Part shown: positions 60,831 to 64,000 of the stretch, piece after piece | Position numbering within the stretch: the first letter of the stretch is position 1 | Layout of the letters: each line of letters opens with the position of its first letter | Source of the DNA: Podarcis tiliguerta | Lineage: Eukaryota | Strand: one strand, 5' to 3' | Assembly (NCBI GenBank): GCA_965153285.1 | Contig: OZ229111.1 | DNA length: 64,000 bases | The notes under the pieces: model-generated | Told to the model about the DNA's origin: nothing | What the model saw: the letters and a program-made list of their open reading frames with translations, nothing else | Database searches by the model: none | Program-made: the position numbers and the translations under genes

Positions 60831-63800
60831 CTGGTCTTTCAACACAGTGTCTAGTCTCTATTGAATCACGCTTTCTTAATAATCAACAGATAGAGGTAGA
60901 CATTTTAGACTACTCACTATTCTGTGAAGCTGTGAAGTGATGGTGAGGGAGACAACTGAAGAACCAGAGGACAAGGTGGAACTTCCATACAAGGAAGTTC
61001 GCAACACTTAACAGAAAAGGTGGGTGCTATAGGAGCTAGGTATTTTATATGTTTTTAATTCAATATGCACCCTGCCCTTCATCTGAAGATCTCAGGCACT
61101 TCACAGCATAAGTAGCACCCCATGGTAAGAAAGGGAACCCCACTCTCTATATAACACATTATTTGAAGGCTTTTCCACACTTCCTCTTGTCCCCCTGCTT
61201 TCCCCCTGGAAAAACCACTCTTTAGCACTCAATTGAAGCAAATGACAATTCAGGTTCCCCTCACATTTCCTTTTGTTATGATCTATTGTAAAGGGTGGGT
61301 TTTCCCTTGGAAAAGTGTGGGGCAAAGGGAAAACTGCTCAGACCCGTGCCTAGAAAGTGTGAGTCAAGCGGAAAACTGCATGGACCCATGTTTTCTAGCC
61401 ATGGCACAAGCAGAAGTGTGGATGAGCCCTGAGTTATATTTGGATTGGCACCATTTGTGTAGTCCCAAGAAGGAAGTTCTTTTTCTGTGTGGCTTCTGTG
61501 GAGGGACCTCTGAGCCATGAGAACTGTCCAGTGCCGTGCACACATAAGCAGCCAGCTCTATTATGCTTTGCACCCACAATCCATTGTGAACCCTGGGGTG
61601 ATGACATGACAGCCCCACTAAGGGCTCTCTTTTCTTCTGCAAATCAACTGTCCTTCTCAATGCTGGAAGAGCTGAGTCCCATTGAATGGGGGAGAGAGGC
61701 ACCCCCCGGGGTGTGGATGCACAGTGGATGAGCCATGGTAACCTGGCTGCCAGTGTGACAACACAGACACCCAGACCTTAGCTGTTCCTGCCAGGCTCTG
61801 AGTCCTCCCCAGATTGGGTATTCAGGCAGGAGGGTTTCTCTCCATTGACCCTGTAACACTGTTCTGCATGGGAGAATTCTCTTTCTTATTCTTTCTTTTT
61901 GTACCCTCCCACCCCACACTTTTTAAAAAGGAAAAAAAACAACCCTACAGTACCAAACATTTGCAGCTGAAGGGCATTTGTTACCCACCAACAAATCATT
62001 AATTTAATTCAGCCAGGATGTACTTCCCCATACAAGGAAGCCTTAATCAGGAGTTTTCAATGCCAGGGTGGAAAGGGAGGATTTTTTGCTACCTTTGGAC
62101 TAGCTCAATTGCATTCATTACGTTCTGATACAACTGCATCATTTTGATCAGTGCCCAATTACGATTGGTGGTGGACCTCTGGCCATAACAGGTTTGAGTG
62201 TTACATAAATGCGTGCCTAGGACAGCCCTGCAAATTAATGGCTTGAGTTGTGTGTGTGTTGTGCTTGTGTTTGGAAAGAGTGTTGGAACTCAGTCCAGGT
62301 GTTCCGTCTTGCTCCCTAATGGCTAAGTCCTATTATGAGCTTGCCGATAGTGACAGCAGTTGTTACAGTAAGTGTCACACTTTTAAATCAAAAACGAAGA
62401 GGTGCCAGTACTGCGTACCCTTGAGTACCCCCTGAAAAACAAAGCACCGGTGGCACTCCATTTGTGGAATTCCCTTTTCAGAGACCCGCCTGGCACACAT
62501 ATTGCTATCTTTTTGTTATCACATAAAATGTGTTTTTATTTTCCCGGGTGTTTTAATGCATTTTTCTTTTAACATGCTGCTCTTATATTTTATTGGTGCA
62601 TTTTATCTTGCTTATGTACTACACACATTGGAAGCTCTGCTGAAGTGTGATATGTCATCTCTAAGGAAGCTGATTTTGGTTACGCATCAGGAGAAACCTA
62701 ACAGTATGAATTGTTTAATTGTGGAATACACTGCTCTCCTTTGGGGTGGGCTCTCCTTTGTTGGAGATATTTAAGTAGAGTCTGGACGACCATGGTCAGT
62801 GATGTTATAGTTGCATCCTGCATCAAAAAACCTGTACTGAGCAGAGAGTTGCTTTAGGTAACCTCCAATGTCCTTTCTGGTTCTGTAGTTCTAGAATGCT
62901 GTATTACAAAAACTGTATGAAAAAAAGCTGGTTCCAAAGTCGTCTTCTGCAAGTCAAAAATCTGTTCTCTGTACTGCGTGGTGTAAGTACAGTCCAGTTG
63001 GAAGATGACTGCAAAGCAGGATGGAGATTGGGTTTTTCTTTGACTGGATGGCAGGACTACAGAACCTCAGTGTAGAGTGAAGAACTGCATTTCTATATGA
63101 TCCTCTCTAGCTAACACAAGTGTCTGGTGAAAGAAAATTCATTAGTCCAAGAAGCCCCAGTGTTCAACAGCCAGAATTATCTAGGGGGTTTATTAGTCCA
63201 TAAAAATGTCATCAGCTCATGAAGCAGTGTCATAAAAAAGCCCAGTAAACTTTATCACCATTTAATTCAAAATGGGAGTCTTTTGGCAAGGCATATATAA
63301 ATATCAACCACTTCCCCTGACACATTCTTACAATAGTTTTGCGGATGGGGAGTGGAGCATCAAGCAGAACACCCAAGCAGTAAATACACTGTGCTGAGCA
63401 AGACACCGGTGCTAGAGCTGAGCCTGGGGGAAGACATGATGGATGAGAATATTCAACAACCAGCTGAAGGAGCAACATTCAGCTGATGCAGAGGCCAAGT
63501 CATTAGGGCACTTGACTGGGTTCCCAAGGATTGCTGATTTGTGCCTTCTTCAAGTTCAGCTCTAAGAGTGGATGCAGATGACCTGTTGTGGTCAATTCCA
63601 TTTCTGACATCTGAAAAGTAAACTTATATTGCTACATTGGAGGTCAGTCTCTAATGTTGCACACTTCTTCTTATACAGCTGTAAAGTCTAACGTGACTTC
63701 CTACAAACATTTACCAAGTGGCAACTTTGCTTCATTGCATACACAGTCACATGAAGTGCTTGGTGCTTCTTTGTCCAAATAAGGAACAAGAAAGGACCCA

Positions 63801-63888
63801 GGACTGGATATATTTTTCATATGCAAATTTTTATATTGTTAGATGTAAATTTAGAAATCGTTACTATACTTTTAATAGAATATATATG

Positions 63889-64000
63889 TGGACTGCAAGA
63901 AGATCAAATCTATCCATTCTGAAGGAAATCAGCCCTGAGTGCTCACTGGAAGGACAGATCCTGAAGCTGAGGCTCTAATACTTTGGCCACCTCATGAGAA
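63889..64000 (+). mobile_element. Bov-B LINE 5'-truncated fragment, cut by window edge
   Basis: 112 nt with 4 differences from the matching part of the copy at 4391-4891. Confidence 0.93.

Noticed and set aside
41920-64000. Next NTN1 coding exon (expected to begin CNCNLHARRC)
   Set aside because: Not found in the ORF track or by eye. The intron appears to extend beyond the window.

Overview
This is vertebrate genomic DNA, most likely from a squamate and probably a lacertid lizard, judged from Sauria/Squam SINEs, Bov-B LINEs and lizard-type MITEs. The only protein-coding sequence I can support is the first coding exon of netrin-1 (NTN1, + strand, 40869-41919). It encodes the signal peptide, the laminin N-terminal domain and the first LE/EGF repeat. 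A probable non-coding exon 1 ends at 37839, and the intron after the coding exon runs off the window end. Two CpG-rich domains (~20.6-24.7 kb and ~32-42 kb) look like regulatory DNA. The rest is a dense mosaic of Sauria and other tRNA-derived SINEs, Bov-B, L1, L2, CR1 and RTE-X-like LINE fragments, and palindromic MITEs, several with readable target-site duplications (TSDs). I found no convincing new multi-gene system. The best leads are: unusual, mostly AT-to-GC substitutions in netrin-1 (apparent loss of an N-glycosylation sequon) plus a poly-Gly insert; a 41-nt candidate upstream exon; a strong-Kozak uORF; an AP-1/ARE + NF-kB module before the coding exon; a perfect GLI site in an old SINE remnant; divergent CTCF motifs; and an intronic pre-miRNA-sized hairpin. 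Comparisons with human/chicken proteins and repeat consensi are from memory and need alignment.
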